This document shows positions 25,289 to 38,957 of a stretch of DNA of 64,000 nucleotides, piece after piece (the first letter of the stretch is position 1; each line of letters begins with the position of its first letter). The notes under the pieces are model-generated. The model was not told the DNA's origin, searched no databases, and saw nothing but the letters and a program-made list of their open reading frames with translations. The stretch is from Octopus bimaculoides (lineage: Eukaryota), in assembly GCF_001194135.2 (NCBI RefSeq), contig NC_068984.1:79603795-79667794 (forward strand). Reading direction: 5' to 3'. The translations under genes and the position numbers were made by a program.

Positions 25289-26204
25289 AAGGTGAATTTA
25301 TGGAATGAAGTTCCATAAATCCCATCAATTTTATTAAAAATGGAGGAGACAAGTTGTTAAAATTTATAAGAAGTTTAATTCTAGCAGTCCATCATTTCAT
25401 ACAGAGATATGATAATTTAAATTCATGATTGAATTAAATTAATTAAATATCAACTTACTCTTCAGTGCAGGAAGGAAAGAAACCATAATGCAAGGAACTT
25501 AAAAAGAAATATAGCAGAAAAAATTGGATCTAGGAGAGTCATATTGGTATCCGTATGAGATATTGAACCATAACTAACAGTTATGAAGATGTAAGTAAAG
25601 AGGTATCAGAGACGTTCACTCTATAGATGAGTATGGAAATTAGAATTATAGTTCCATATAAGTAACATAGTGCCAATAAGTAGTAGAAATGTCCAATGAG
25701 AAAACAATACCAAGTTAAAATTAAAATTAAAACTAACCGTTCAAATCTGTATATAGTATAATGTATTTTTTTTTAAAAATCTATACAGAAGAATGAGGTT
25801 AGTGTGAGGAAGTAGTATATGAAAAGGTAATACTAGATAGTTAACGTAAACAAATGGTGTAAAATAGAGGAATGAGAATGAGTTAAAGAGAGATGATGGA
25901 TATAAAGGAGTCATGTTTGCATACAGTGTCATATTAGGTAACATGTATTAATAATAAAAGAGAAAAATAAGTACAAACAGAAAAGCAATTGTTAATATTA
26001 CAATTAAAGTAGGATGTACTTGCTGTGTTTATAAAGATGAAAAAGTGAATTTAAAAATTGAAGTTAAGTAGACCAAAATAAATGTAGGGGGAGATAAATG
26101 AGCAGAGAAAGAGATGAGTAAAAAAACATAAAACTTTGAATAGGGATGTGTTGGTTATACAGAAGGTGTATTTTAGTATATATATAAAAAAAAAAATTAT
26201 TACA

Positions 26205-26515
26205 GAGCGAGATCGTTGCCAGTGCCGCTGGACTGGCTCTTGTGCGGGTGGCACATAAAATACACCATTTTGAGCATGGCCGTTGCCAGTACCGCCTGAC
26301 TAACCTTTGTGCGGGTGGCACGTAAAAGCACCCACTCCACTCTCGGAATGGTTGGCGTTAGGAAGAGCATCCAGCTGTAGAAACTCTGCCAAATCAGATT
26401 GGAGCTTGGTGTAGCCATCTGGTTTCACCAGTCCTCAGTCAAATCGTCCAACCCATGCTAGCATGGAAAGTGGACGTTAAACGATGATGATGACGATGAT
26501 GATGATGATGATGAG
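26205..26515 (+). mobile_element. RTE-clade 3' UTR fragment with (GAT)n tail
   Basis: Near-identical to the reverse complement of 24361-24660. Confidence 0.9.
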
Positions 26516-27054
26516 GTAATAATCCAGCTTAGTATTATGTGAGAAGGATATGGAATGACAGTATGGTCATCATGGTATTCGAATTCTAAGGATGCTGTGC
26601 CAGTATAAATATAAGAAAAGACTATGAGTAGAAGGTTACACATAAGTGTACAAAAATTTACACATAATATAGAAGAAATATAATCTAATAAGGAGAAGAG
26701 TGTGTTTATGTTTAGTCATACGTGTGTAGAGGTATATTTACACAGGAGTATATGGATACAGGAATTTGTGTAGATATATGATTAAGGTATACATATAAAA
26801 ACTATTAATATATCCATACAGGTGCAACAAAAAGGGGCACACACATATACATATAAATGCACACACACAATAAATTTTATATATATGTATGCGAACATAC
26901 ATATATATGCAGATACACATGTTCATATTTATATATGTCTGTACCTAAATATGTATAAATTTACACATGTAGGTACATATAAGATCAATACCTAGATATG
27001 CATACATGGATGTAGACATGTAGATCACCTTAAAGTCGTACATGTGCATACATA

Positions 27055-27090
<36 letters not shown>

Positions 27091-27433
27091 NNNNNNNNNN
27101 NNNNNNNNNNNNNNNNNNNNNNNNNNNNNNNNNNNNNNNNNNNNNNNNNNNNNNNNNNNNNNNNNNNNNNNNNNNNNNNNNNNNNNNNNNNNNGGAGACA
27201 AGGAGAAAAACACGGAGAAAAAAAATTGAATAGTGTTCAGTCAACGGTCAATCATAATAATGGCCGATCATAACAATGACTGACCGGAAGTTAGAAATTC
27301 TTATTTCAGGAGAGCTAAGAAAGGGGGAGATAACAAACGGTGATCGGGAACGAGGGGCTGTGTGTGGGAGGTAGAATGCTGGTGATCTTGACGTATGTAG
27401 TGTGAAAATGGGGAAGGGAGAAAGGGAGAAAGG

Positions 27434-27477
<44 letters not shown>

Positions 27478-27768
27478 TACACACACAGGCACATGTGCGC
27501 ATGTATGCAGTCCACCATCATCATGAATGCTTTTCCATCTTTTCCATTGGCTGGATGAGATATTTTCATGCAGCCTCTATTATTGGGTCTCCTACCAGTA
27601 CCAACCATTTATTTCCAAATAGGGTACTGCACTGTTCTTCACATATCAAACTGGAATGTATTGTTTATGAAAAAGAAAGAAAGCATTGCTGCTGCTCAAG
27701 TGTTGTTAATGTGAAGACATGCAAATGGACACATACATACATGCATACATACATAGGCAGATCGATAA

Positions 27769-27801
<33 letters not shown>

Positions 27802-28139
27802 AGAACATTTTTATGAACAAATATTGAAGTGTCGAGTGAGTTGGTATTTTAGAAATGAAAGAAATCTCAAACATCTGTAGGGGTATTTTATTCGGTCCTC
27901 TCATATGTTTTCACAGCTATTCTCCTGCATTCAAGATTTCCTTAAATTCCAAAATAATGATGCATGTAGATATGACTCTGAATATGTTGAAATTCCATTG
28001 ACTAATATATTTACCTATACACAATTATACAACCTCTGATATATATGTGTGTATGTGTGTGTGTGTTTATATATATATATATATGATGGATTATTTCATT
28101 GTGAATGACAAAAGGGCTTTCAGTAAAATGAGGTAGCAA

Positions 28140-28460
28140 TCAGCTTCTATGGACACGAATGTGTAACTTGAGGCCTGGTGGTGCCTTGCAAACCTTTTGA
28201 CGAATGGAAAAACTTGAGGACTCAGTTTGCTTGAGTGCTTGTGGATCATTTACTCTGTGTTCTCTTGAGTGGATGGTAAGACCTGCTTTGCTTCATGCTA
28301 CAAAACCAAACGATAAGTAAGGTTTCACTTTAGTGGAGCAGCATTTTGCCAGTGTGCCTTCAAGCTTGCATGAGGTCAATCCCGATGTTGGAGTCAACTT
28401 TGCTCAAAATCTTTGAACTAAGGAGAAACAGAACTGGCACCAAGTCCTGCATTCTGATGC
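28140..28460 (-). mobile_element. Degenerate LINE ORF2 C-terminus (RTE-like, zinc-finger tail)
   Basis: RTWCQFC...FEQS.LQH; KAGLTIHSREH and QKVCKAPPGLKLHIRVH C2H2-like half-motifs. Confidence 0.55.
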
Positions 28461-29534
28461 TTTTTGTTTTCCCATATAATATCTATGCCACAATGGGATT
28501 TTGTACAGTTTTCACTGACCAAATTTCATTTGCAAGCCATTGGACAAACCAAGGATGTAGTAGAAGAAACTTGCCCAAAATACCATGCTGTGAAATTGAA
28601 CTCCAAACCTTGTAGTTGTAAAGTAACCTTGTAAACCACAAAGTACAGAAACTGAAAACAGTAAAAGAATAACAAGTATTTGTGTGTGTATGTATTTATG
28701 TATACACACACATGTATATACACTTTAAAACACTCATTGCAAAATGCTTTAAAGATATATGCTGGAAACCAACAACTTCGAAGTTAATTTTTTTTTTTTG
28801 TTTTTACTATATTTTATAGTCTTAAGATGAGCTTTTACTAGATTTTGGCATTTCTCCAACTGCTTTTGGATTTATTCAAGAAAACCTATTAGCTGTTGCA
28901 CATATCTTAAGGGCTTAATGCATAATATTTCTGCTATTTAATGTAGGATCAAGGCAGCTGGGTTTTAAAACATTTTGTTGTTCTTCTTCAAAGTAATTGT
29001 TTTCTTCTGTACTCCCACCCACCAGCTTTTCTCCCTAAAAGAAAACAACATTGTATTCTGATCCATCTGCTGCCTATGCCTAAGCTTCACTTTATGTAGG
29101 GTGAAGTATGATCAGTCTTTTTATATGTACCTGATTATGTGGGTGTCTTCTCAAAGTCTGGCACATATCACCATTTCACAGCGATGTTTAGTTTTATCTT
29201 AATGCAAGGAAAATTCATGATAGCTAAATTGTAATGTTTGTATATGTCTTTGTTCCTTTTTGTTTTATTTTTTCTGTCTTTTTTCTTTAAATGTGTTTCT
29301 TTTTAATATATGGTCTCTTATTTTTAATTCTCTTTCTTGTTAAGATTATTTATATTTGCTGAGAAAAATCTTTAAATATTAAATTAGGAAGTTATTAAAA
29401 ATTGTGAAAATTACAAAATAATTTGCAAATTTAATAACAATATATGTACACATACACACACATGCACATATATGTATACATATATGCACACACACACATA
29501 CACACACACATAAACCCCAGCATATACATAATAT

Positions 29535-29962
29535 GTGCCTAAGAAGCTTGCTTTGCAACCATGTGTATTCAGGTTCAGTTCCATTGCACAGCAACTTGGG
29601 CAAGTGTCTTGTACTATAGCCCTGGACAGACCAATGCCTTGTGAGTGAATTTAGTAGATGGAAACTGTGGTGAAGCCCATTGTGTGTGTGTGTGCACATG
29701 CTAGTGCCCCTCCCCCCACACTGCTTGACAACTGGTGTCAGTTTGTTTACATCCCTGTAACTATAGCAGTTCAGCAAAAGAGGTCTGATGGAATAAGTAA
29801 CAGACTTGTGTGGAAAGTAGTTTGCTTACCAACCACATGGTTCTGGGTTCAGTTCCACTGTGTGGTACCTTGGGCAAGTGTCTTCTTCTGTAGCCTTGGG
29901 CCAACCAAAGTCTTGTGAGTGGATTTGGTAGACGGAAATGCAAAAGAAGCCTGTTGTGTGTA

Positions 29963-30005
<43 letters not shown>

Positions 30006-30230
30006 ATGTATACACATATGTTTGTGTATCTGTGTTTGTCTCCCCAGCATCGCTTGACAACCGATGCGGTGTGTTTACGTCCCTGTAACTTAGCGGTTCA
30101 GCAAAAGAGACCAATAGATTAAGTACAAGGCTTACAAAGAATAAGTTCTAGGGGTCGATTTGCTCGCCTAAAGGTGGTGCTCCAGCATGGCCGCAGTCAA
30201 TTGACCGAAACAAGTAAAGGAATAAAAAAA
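29535..30230 (+). mobile_element. Two adjacent family-A SINEs (older 29535-29807, younger 29808-30230)
   Basis: The second head starts directly after gaataagtaacagactt of the first copy. Confidence 0.85.
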
Positions 30231-30560
30231 ACATGATATTTACCATGTGAACTATGATGCGAAAGATATGGTATGTAATTTATTTTTGTGCAGGGGTTCC
30301 TTGAGACATGTAATTTATTTTAAGGGTTACACAAGGGTAAAAAGGTTGAGAAACACTTCTTCAACCTCTCATCACTTGGCGTTTTCCTAAGATGCCTTGC
30401 ACTGGGATTGAACCTAAAACCATGCATTTGCGAGGTGAACATTTTAACCACACAACTTGCATCTACTTCACTGAATATTTCCAGCATCTCAATGACTATC
30501 GCTGATGGGCAAGCTATTTTCCTTTACTTTCATATCTTCAATGATAATTTTAATTGTATA

Positions 30561-30960
30561 TTCTTTTATTCTTTTATTTGTTTCAGTTGTTTGACTGTGG
30601 CCATGCTGGAGCACCGCCTTTAGTCGAACAAATCGACCCCATGACTTATTCTTTGTAAGCCTACTATTTATCCTATCGGTCTCTTTTGCCAAACCGCTAA
30701 GTTACGGGAAGGTAAACACACCAACATTGGTTGTCAAGTGATGGAGGGGTGACAAGCACAGTCACACAAACATACACACACAGACACACACACACACACA
30801 CACATGATGGGCTACTTTCAGTTTCCATCTACCAGATCCACTCACAAGGCTTTGGTCGACCCGAGGCTATAGTAGAAGACACTTACTCAAGGTGCCCCAC
30901 AGTGGAACTCAACCTGGAAGCATGTGGTTGGTAAGCCAGCTACTTACCACACAGCTACTC
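30561..30960 (-). mobile_element. SINE family A, minus strand
   Basis: ttcttttattcttttatttgtttcagttg tail ... ttaccacacagct head. Confidence 0.9.
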
Positions 30961-31360
30961 TTGTACCTGTAGCTATTAATTTCAATAGAGTGTCTCTGTA
31001 ATTCTTCATCTTGAGGTATTCCCTCTCTTATTCCCCTGTATTCCCTTCATTCAGTGACCTTTCAAAGCCGTATTTCCATGCTTCCTTCTTCTTGGCATCA
31101 GTGAGAACACGGGCACTGCTTTAAGCATGCACACACGCACACACTAACAAGATAACAAAAGTGAAACTACTTGTAATTTCAGCTTAGTTTAGGTTCCAAA
31201 GGTGTCCCCGCTATGATAAACACATCTTTCTATTTTCCGGGCATAGTGTATCTAGAGTTACACTAGCCAATATATTTGGCTTTTCTAAACAACAGAAATG
31301 TATAGTTGAAGAGAAATTTGTCATTTTCTTCTTAGCATTTTGAGTTATAGTGTAAAGGCT

Positions 31361-31726
31361 CTTACCAACCACATGGTCCCGGGTTCAGTCCCACTACGTG
31401 GCATCTTGGGCAAGTGTCTTCTACTATAGCCTCGGGCCGACCAAAGCCTTGTGAGTGGATTTGGTAGACGGAAACTGAAAGAAGCCCGTCATATATATGT
31501 ATATATATATATGTATGTGTGTTTGTGTTTGTCCCCCCCAACATCGCTTGACAACCGATGCTGGTGTGTTTATGTCCCCGTAACTTAGTGGTTCGGCAAA
31601 AGAGATCGATAGAATAAGTACTAGGCTTCCAAAGAATAAGTCCTGGGGTCGATTTGCTCGACTAAAAGCGGTGCTCCAGCATGGCCACAGTCAAAAGACT
31701 GAAACAAGTAAAAGAGTAAAAGAGTA
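31361..31726 (+). mobile_element. SINE family A, young copy lacking the extreme 5' end
   Basis: cttaccaaccacatggtcccgggttcagtccc...(aaaagagt)n; CpG-rich. Confidence 0.9.
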
Positions 31727-32728
31727 ATATATATATATAAATATATANNNNNNNNNNNNNNNNNNNNNNNNNNNNNNNNNNNNNNNNNNNNNNNNNNNNN
31801 NNNNNNNNNNNNNNNNNNNNNNNNNNNNNNNNNNNNNNNNNNNNNNNNNNNNNNNNNNNNNNNNNNNNNNNNNNNNNNNNNNNNNNNNNNNNNNNNNNNN
31901 NNNNNNNNNNNNNNNNNNNNNNNNNNNNNNNNNNNNNNNNNNNNNNNNNNNNNNNNNNNNNNNNNNNNNNNNNNNNNNNNNNNNNNNNNNNNNNNNNNNN
32001 NNNNNNNNNNNNNNNNNNNNNNNNNNNNNNNNNNNNNNNNNNNNNNNNNNNNNNNNNNNNNNNNNNNNNNNNNNNNNNNNNNNNNNNNNNNNNNNNNNNN
32101 NNNNNNNNNNNNNNNNNNNNNNNNNNNNNNNNNNNNNNNNNNNNNNNNNNNNNNNNNNNNNNNNNNNNNNNNNNNNNNNNNNNNNNNNNNNNNNNNNNNN
32201 NNNNNNNNNNNNNNNNNNNNNNNNNNNNNNNNNNNNNNNNNNNNNNNNNNNNNNNNNNNNNNNNNNNNNNNNNNNNNNNNNNNNNNNNNNNNNNNNNNNN
32301 NNNNNNNNNNNNNNNNNNNNNNNNNNNNNNNNNNNNNNNNNNNNNNNNNNNNNNNNNNNNNNNNNNNNNNNNNNNNNNNNNNNNNNNNNNNNNNNNNNNN
32401 NNNNNNNNNNNNNNNNNNNNNNNNNNNNNNNNNNNNNNNNNNNNNNNNNNNNNNNNNNNNNNNNNNNNNNNNNNTATGTGTGTATATATATATGTATGTG
32501 TGTATATATATATATGTATGTGTATATATATATATGTATGTGTATATATATATATGTATGTGCATATATATATATATGTATATATATATGTATATATTTG
32601 TATGTATATATATATATATATACATGTATGTGTATATATATATGTATGTGTATATATATATGTATGTATATATGTATGTATGTGTATATATATATGTATG
32701 TGTACATATATATATATGTATATATATG

Positions 32729-32777
<49 letters not shown>

Positions 32778-34048
32778 TTATATTCATTTTTTTTCAATTT
32801 GAACAATTGAAAAAATATATAAACTCCAGCACTACATTTGCATCATTTTCATTAATTAATATATACTTTTTCTGTTTTTTTTTTTTCAAATTCTATTACC
32901 AGATCTTTCATATATTAATTTGAATTTATTATAATGATGCTTCTCTGTAATCATGATTCTTTTTATTAAGACTGAATGTTCTTGTTTAATCTCAAGACAG
33001 CTATGGTTAAACAAAACTCTGATCAAAAGTATTCCAGATTTGGCCATCTCACCTTTATTTTCTAGGCATTGTGTACTGTGGACTACATTATTCAATGTGT
33101 CTTTTCCTTTAGTCAAAATTCCTAGTTGTGATTTGGGACAGATTTGATTCACAGTCGTAGCAAGTCAAGCAATCACACAGTTGTACCTCCATTCACTCAT
33201 TCAGTAGAATATTAGAGAGATGTATATATTTAATTGAATTAACACCAGTGTGTTACTGGTATCTATTTTTGTTGACCCTAAAATTATGAACAATTTATTC
33301 AATCCAGGTTAACTTTAAACTTGGAACATAGAAACATAAAAGTAAAAAAAAAGAAATCCTCAAAAAACTGTAAAAAACATAATTCTTATCTCTCTGAATT
33401 GTCTTCCTCTTCCTTTCCTGATGTTTAACCCTAGGTCAGTGCTGTTTGAGAAGACCTATGATTCAGTAGTGTAGATCTGTGACTACATTATATAATGTGA
33501 TTTTTTTTTCTGAGTTTTTAACTGTTAGAATATAACCTGAAGTTGATTTAGGTGTTATTTTTTGTAGATCAGTCAACTATGTAAACAGTTCTCTTCTGTG
33601 AAATAAAAACAAAAGATGCAAATTCAGAATTTATGGAGGAGAGATGTAGTTAACTGATGGAACCCTGATATATTTTTGGTACATATCTTATTGGTACCTT
33701 TTATTGGATAATTACATCTATGGGTGCCAGGTCTGTTGACATTGCCAGTAATACAACTTGGCAAGTCATGATCCTAGCCAATGACCTTACATAGGTTCCT
33801 CTACATAGTCTCATGTGAGTGTTGGTTTGATCAGCGGATTACTCTTCGATTGACAAAACACTTCCACCATAACCATAAACTGGGTTGCTGTTGGGTGCTA
33901 TTTTTGGCCAAATGGCAACCCATGTTTGGCCCAGGATGTCTTGTTTTCTTATTTTCTGCTGCTAAACTCTTATCTAGAGGCTATTTCCCTGTCTGTCACC
34001 TGGGAACTTGCCAGATATAAGGTCAGTCTCTCTCTCTCTCTCTCTCTT

Positions 34049-34170
<122 letters not shown>

Positions 34171-34469
34171 CCTGGAAGCAGCTCATGTTTAGTTCTGCAT
34201 AATCTTTCCATATTTGCTGTCTATCCTTATGTTTACTTACTTCTTATGGATCTAGTGAGTTCTTCTCTCACACACCCAACTTGACCAGGTGTCATATTTT
34301 ATTGGAACCAACGAACTGCATTCAATGGGGTGTTTGGGTTAAATTTGACAGTTTGCATCAAAGGTAAAGAAAACACAATATCCCATCCAAAAAATAAAAG
34401 TATCTTAAAATATCAAAAAATGTCAATGAAATTATGGCTGGGAGATAACAGTTTACCCAAAGGCCCTGT

Positions 34470-34680
34470 TCAAAGATGTGAGATTGAGTTCTGATGTGGA
34501 GGTACAGTCAGAATGCTTGCTGGCCATGGCTTTGTAGTCTCCATTGCAGCTGTCCTTCTCATGTCTTACAGCTTTTACAGTGTTCACAGAACATTAAGTA
34601 GCAGTCATGATGTTGGCATTTTGATACCTAGTGTGAATCATCATGATACAGGCAACTCTTTTCCAATATTTAGATTGGTT
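34470..34680 (-). mobile_element. Degenerate Tc1/mariner-superfamily transposase N-terminal fragment
   Basis: MMIHTRYQNANIMTAT*CSVNTVKAVRHEKDSCNGDYKAMASKHSDC resembles recalled HTH N-termini (IMTAAQCSLNTVKTIRHELE.C.GDYEA). Confidence 0.55.
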
Positions 34681-35419
34681 CCAGCCCTCTATGTGAGCTA
34701 ACTTTTTCTCAACTACAACTTTAATGTTTATGCTCTCCAATGCTGTTGAATGTTCAATACTTCAAGCTGTTCCTGAAAATAGAGAATGAAAAAGAAAAAA
34801 AAAACCTGTCAAATTTAGCCTGAACATCCTGTAGTCCTAAGTCCTATACCTATTTTCCTCTCTTGTTATATAATAATTTATAAGATAACTACTAAGCTAC
34901 TTTTATATGTGAACTCCATTTCTTCCAGCTCAATATGTTCTCAATTCATATACTGCCAAAGTCAACCTGAAAGCAGGGTTGATAAAATAAGTACTAGCTG
35001 AGAAGTGGGGTTGATGTAATCCTCTGAAAATTGCTGATCTTGCGCAGAAAATTAGAAAGAATTTCATGCAAACTTTAGCCGTATATAAACACATTGTTAT
35101 TATTCCTAATTTGGAAAACAGAAATAATTTAACCTGCCTTTTTCTCTTACATGACTACATGGTCAACAACCTCTTCATAATAACCGTAGAACTCTGTGTA
35201 ATACACTTTTTAACTAAAATCTAGATTAAATTTAAGGCTATCATGTTGCAAAGAGTAGAAAAAATACGTAATAACGTAATGAAACATTATTATATTTCAG
35301 ACTATTTCATTATTTTTTCATATGCTTTATATAAAATCAAATAAAAATCTAACACATTATAGTATATCTAGTCTTGCAGTAGTTGTGCAATATTGTGTTA
35401 TACATGGTATTATAACAAG

Positions 35420-35645
35420 ACACTTTATTTCACGTCGTTCCAGTTCACTCATCTGTAGAAATGAGTTGTGACGTCACTGGTGCCAAGCTGTATTGGCCCT
35501 TCCCTCTGATAAAATCAATGGCATGGTGAAAAGAGGCTGGTATGCATGGGCGACTGCTGGTCTTCCATAAAAAAGACCTGTCCAGACTTGTGCCTGAGAG
35601 GGTAACTTTCTAGGTGCAATCCCATGGTTATTCATGACTGATACA
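35420..35645 (+). mobile_element. SINE family D, 5'-truncated
   Basis: Shares cactttatttcac..ccagttcac..gtcactggtgccaagctgtat..gctggtatgcatg with 46908-47157. Confidence 0.75.
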
Positions 35646-37719
35646 ATTTAGACATCAGAAGCGATGTATGTTATACATGGTAGTGAAGTGGCTGTGTATT
35701 ATACTTTGCAGCATATTATATGTGGTAGTGTACTGTGCATATGGTTCAAAATTGTACAAAAATATAAAAAATAGGGACAGGTGAGGAAACAGGTGAGTTT
35801 GATGCTCAGGAAAAAGGGAAAGAGTCTTTGACATCTTGAGCTTATGGTCTTCTACAGAAAGGAATGAGAGAAGAAAACAGATAGAGAGAGGAAAAAAGAG
35901 GAGAGAGAAAACACCATGTCTGGATTAATGGCTGCACTTTGTTGAATTGACCAGAAGGATGTGATCAGAGAGAAAAGTGGCAAGGGGTAGAACAGTGATC
36001 TGGCTAAAGTGTGTGTATGTGTGTTCAACCATGTCTGTGTGTGGGCAAATATGTGAATGAGTATGAAGATTGAGTGAACGTGTGTATGTATGGGAATATG
36101 TGTGTCTATGCATCTGAATAAACATGTATGTACATGTGTGTAGGGAGATGTGTGCTCCATGTATTTGTATGTGTGTGGAAGTGTATGAGACAGTCTAATG
36201 TACATGTGCATTAGGTTATTAGATGTGTGTGTGTGCAGATACATGTGTGTAGCAGTTAATGCATGCATGTATATTGTGTGTGAGTAGCATGTGTGCATAC
36301 CTTTGTATTCTTGTGTATACACAGTCTTTTGTGGTATTTAATACAGGCAGTACTAAAAAGCATTATAAGATTTTATAATACATTATAAGATTTTAAAGAT
36401 AGTTTAGGTCCTCATATTGAGATGTGCATAATTCATGGTAGCATGGACTTTTATGGTAAATTATTGATTAATCTCATTTCCTGGTATTGCTTAACGTTTT
36501 TCTTCAAAATTAATAGCTACATGCGTGGCTGTGTAGTTAAGAAGTTTGCTTCTCAAACAAATAGTTTGAGGTTCACTTCCACAGCATGGCATCTTAGGCA
36601 TGTGTCTCCTATTACAGTCTCAGGTTGACCAAAGACTTGTGTGTGGATTTCGCAGAGAGAAACTAAAAGAAGCCTATCATATATATCTATATATGGTTAT
36701 GTATGTTTATGTCTGAGCCTATATTTATGTCTCCTTCTTTAGACATTGCAAGGTTGTTGCAAATGAATGCCATTCCTTTCCAATAGGTCTCAAACACATG
36801 TCTGGCCATGGGGAAATACTATATTCCCTTACTTGGAAACAAGTAAAGGCTGGCAACAGGAAGGGCATCCAGCCATAGAAAACCTACCTCAGTAAACTCT
36901 ATCCAATCCACGCAAGAATGGAAAAGTGGATGTTAAAACTATGATGATGATGGCGATGATAATGATGATTTTCATAAAGTAATTTACCAAACAATAGCTG
37001 CTGAGGGCCAAGAAACCAGAAATGATTGGAGTTATATCTCTTACTTATGCCATCAGAAAATAATATTAATTAACTACACCTAATGTTTTTACCCTAATTA
37101 CAGTATTTAACCTGATGGTAGTTATTTCTGATGTTTAATTAATTGTAAAATGAAACTGTGAATAAATGAAACCCACTCGTTGTATGAATCAGTTCCAGTA
37201 CTTATTTCCAGCTCATTCCAAAGTACAATTTTTGCAATTATCCTTGCAACTGACTGAGCATTAGAGAAGTATGCTAGTCACAAAATTTTCCTGTAAAACA
37301 ATTTCTATCTATATGGGAAGGATCCTGGTGAAACGGTGCCTGTCAGTAATTAGGTATTGATTACCGTTGCTTGTGTGCTCATCTGTGTTTCATAGAAAAC
37401 AATTACACATGGTAAACCAGTAAGTGTCCACTTGAAGGAACAATCATATTGGAAACCAAAGTGATATCCAAATGAGCATAATACCATGTAATAAAACTTA
37501 ATTGTATTTTATATACATATATACATACAATACATATCAAAATACACATATATGTATATATGTCTGTGTATATATGTGCATATATATGCATCTATGTATG
37601 TATATGCATATATGTTTGTATATATATATATATGTACATATATATGCATCTATGTATGCATATGCATATATGTTTGTATATATATATGTACACACACATA
37701 TATATCATCATCATGTATG

Positions 37720-37770
<51 letters not shown>

Positions 37771-38072
37771 TATAAGTATGTATGTATATATGTTTACCTG
37801 TACACACACACACACACACAGGCACACATACTCTCTCACATATGTATGCATACACTCACATTCACATGTATGTGGTTTCATATAAAGGCTGCAGATGAGG
37901 GACAGGGAAAGAGAGAGAGAGAGAGAGAAACAGTGCATATGTGTGCACATGTGTGTAATGATGTAAGAATAGTCTTAAAAGATCAAAAAATATAGCAAAA
38001 ATTAAAGAAGAAACTATATATATATATATATATGTATATATATGTATGTATATATGTATGTATGTATGTATG

Positions 38073-38106
<34 letters not shown>

Positions 38107-38375
38107 TATGGTTTTATAAATAAAAGCAAGTTAAGTGAAAGTTGCTTTGGATGCAAGAAGAAAGAAAGGAAGAATGAATGAATAATGTGGGAAAGAACAT
38201 TCTGAAGATTTGGAAAGAAAATGCATAATGAAAGAAAGGAAGGAAATGAAAGAGAGACAGAATGCTGTATGCATGTGTGTGTATATATATGTGTGTGTAC
38301 CTACGTATGTTTATACGTGTGTATGTATGTTTGTATTTATTTATTTATTTATGTATGTGTGTGTGTGTATGTGTT

Positions 38376-38424
<49 letters not shown>

Positions 38425-38899
38425 NNNNNNNNNNNNNNNNNNNNNNNNNNNNNNNNNNNNNNNNNNNNNNNNNNNNNNNNNNNNNNNNNNNNNNNNNNNN
38501 NNNNNNNNNNNNNNNNNNNNNNNNNNNNNNNNNNNNNNNNNNNNNNNNNNNNNNNNNNNNNNNNNNNNNNNNNNNNNNNNNNNNNNNNNNNNNNNNNNNN
38601 NNNNNNNNNNNNNNNNNNNNNNNNNNNNNNNNNNNNNNNNNNNNNNNNNNNNNNNNNNNNNNNNNNNNNNNNNNNNNNNNNNNNNNNNNNNNNNNNNNNN
38701 NNNNNNNNNNNNNNNNNNNNNNNNNNNNNNNNNNNNNNNNNNNNNNNNNNNNNNNNNNNNNNNNNNNNNNNNNNNNNNNNNNNNNNNNNNNNNNNNNNNN
38801 NNNNNNNNNNNNNNNNNNNNNNNNNNNNNNNNNNNNNNNNNNNNNNNNNNNNNNNNNNNNNNNNNNNNNNNNNNNNNNNNNNNNNNNNNATATATATGC

Positions 38900-38957
<58 letters not shown>

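Noticed and set aside
25296-25320. 10-bp perfect hairpin atttatggaa-tgaag-ttccataaat
   Set aside because: Short and AT-rich; plausible by chance in 64 kb, with no supporting context.
25480-26200. Strongly strand-skewed AT-rich block suggesting a NUMT
   Set aside because: No recognisable mitochondrial protein, rRNA or tRNA in the frames I translated.
33721-33960. Minus-strand CRGTYVRSLARI resembling the TruB GTY(I/V)RSL motif
   Set aside because: In-frame stop just upstream, no splice signals and no other TruB motifs; treated as chance.
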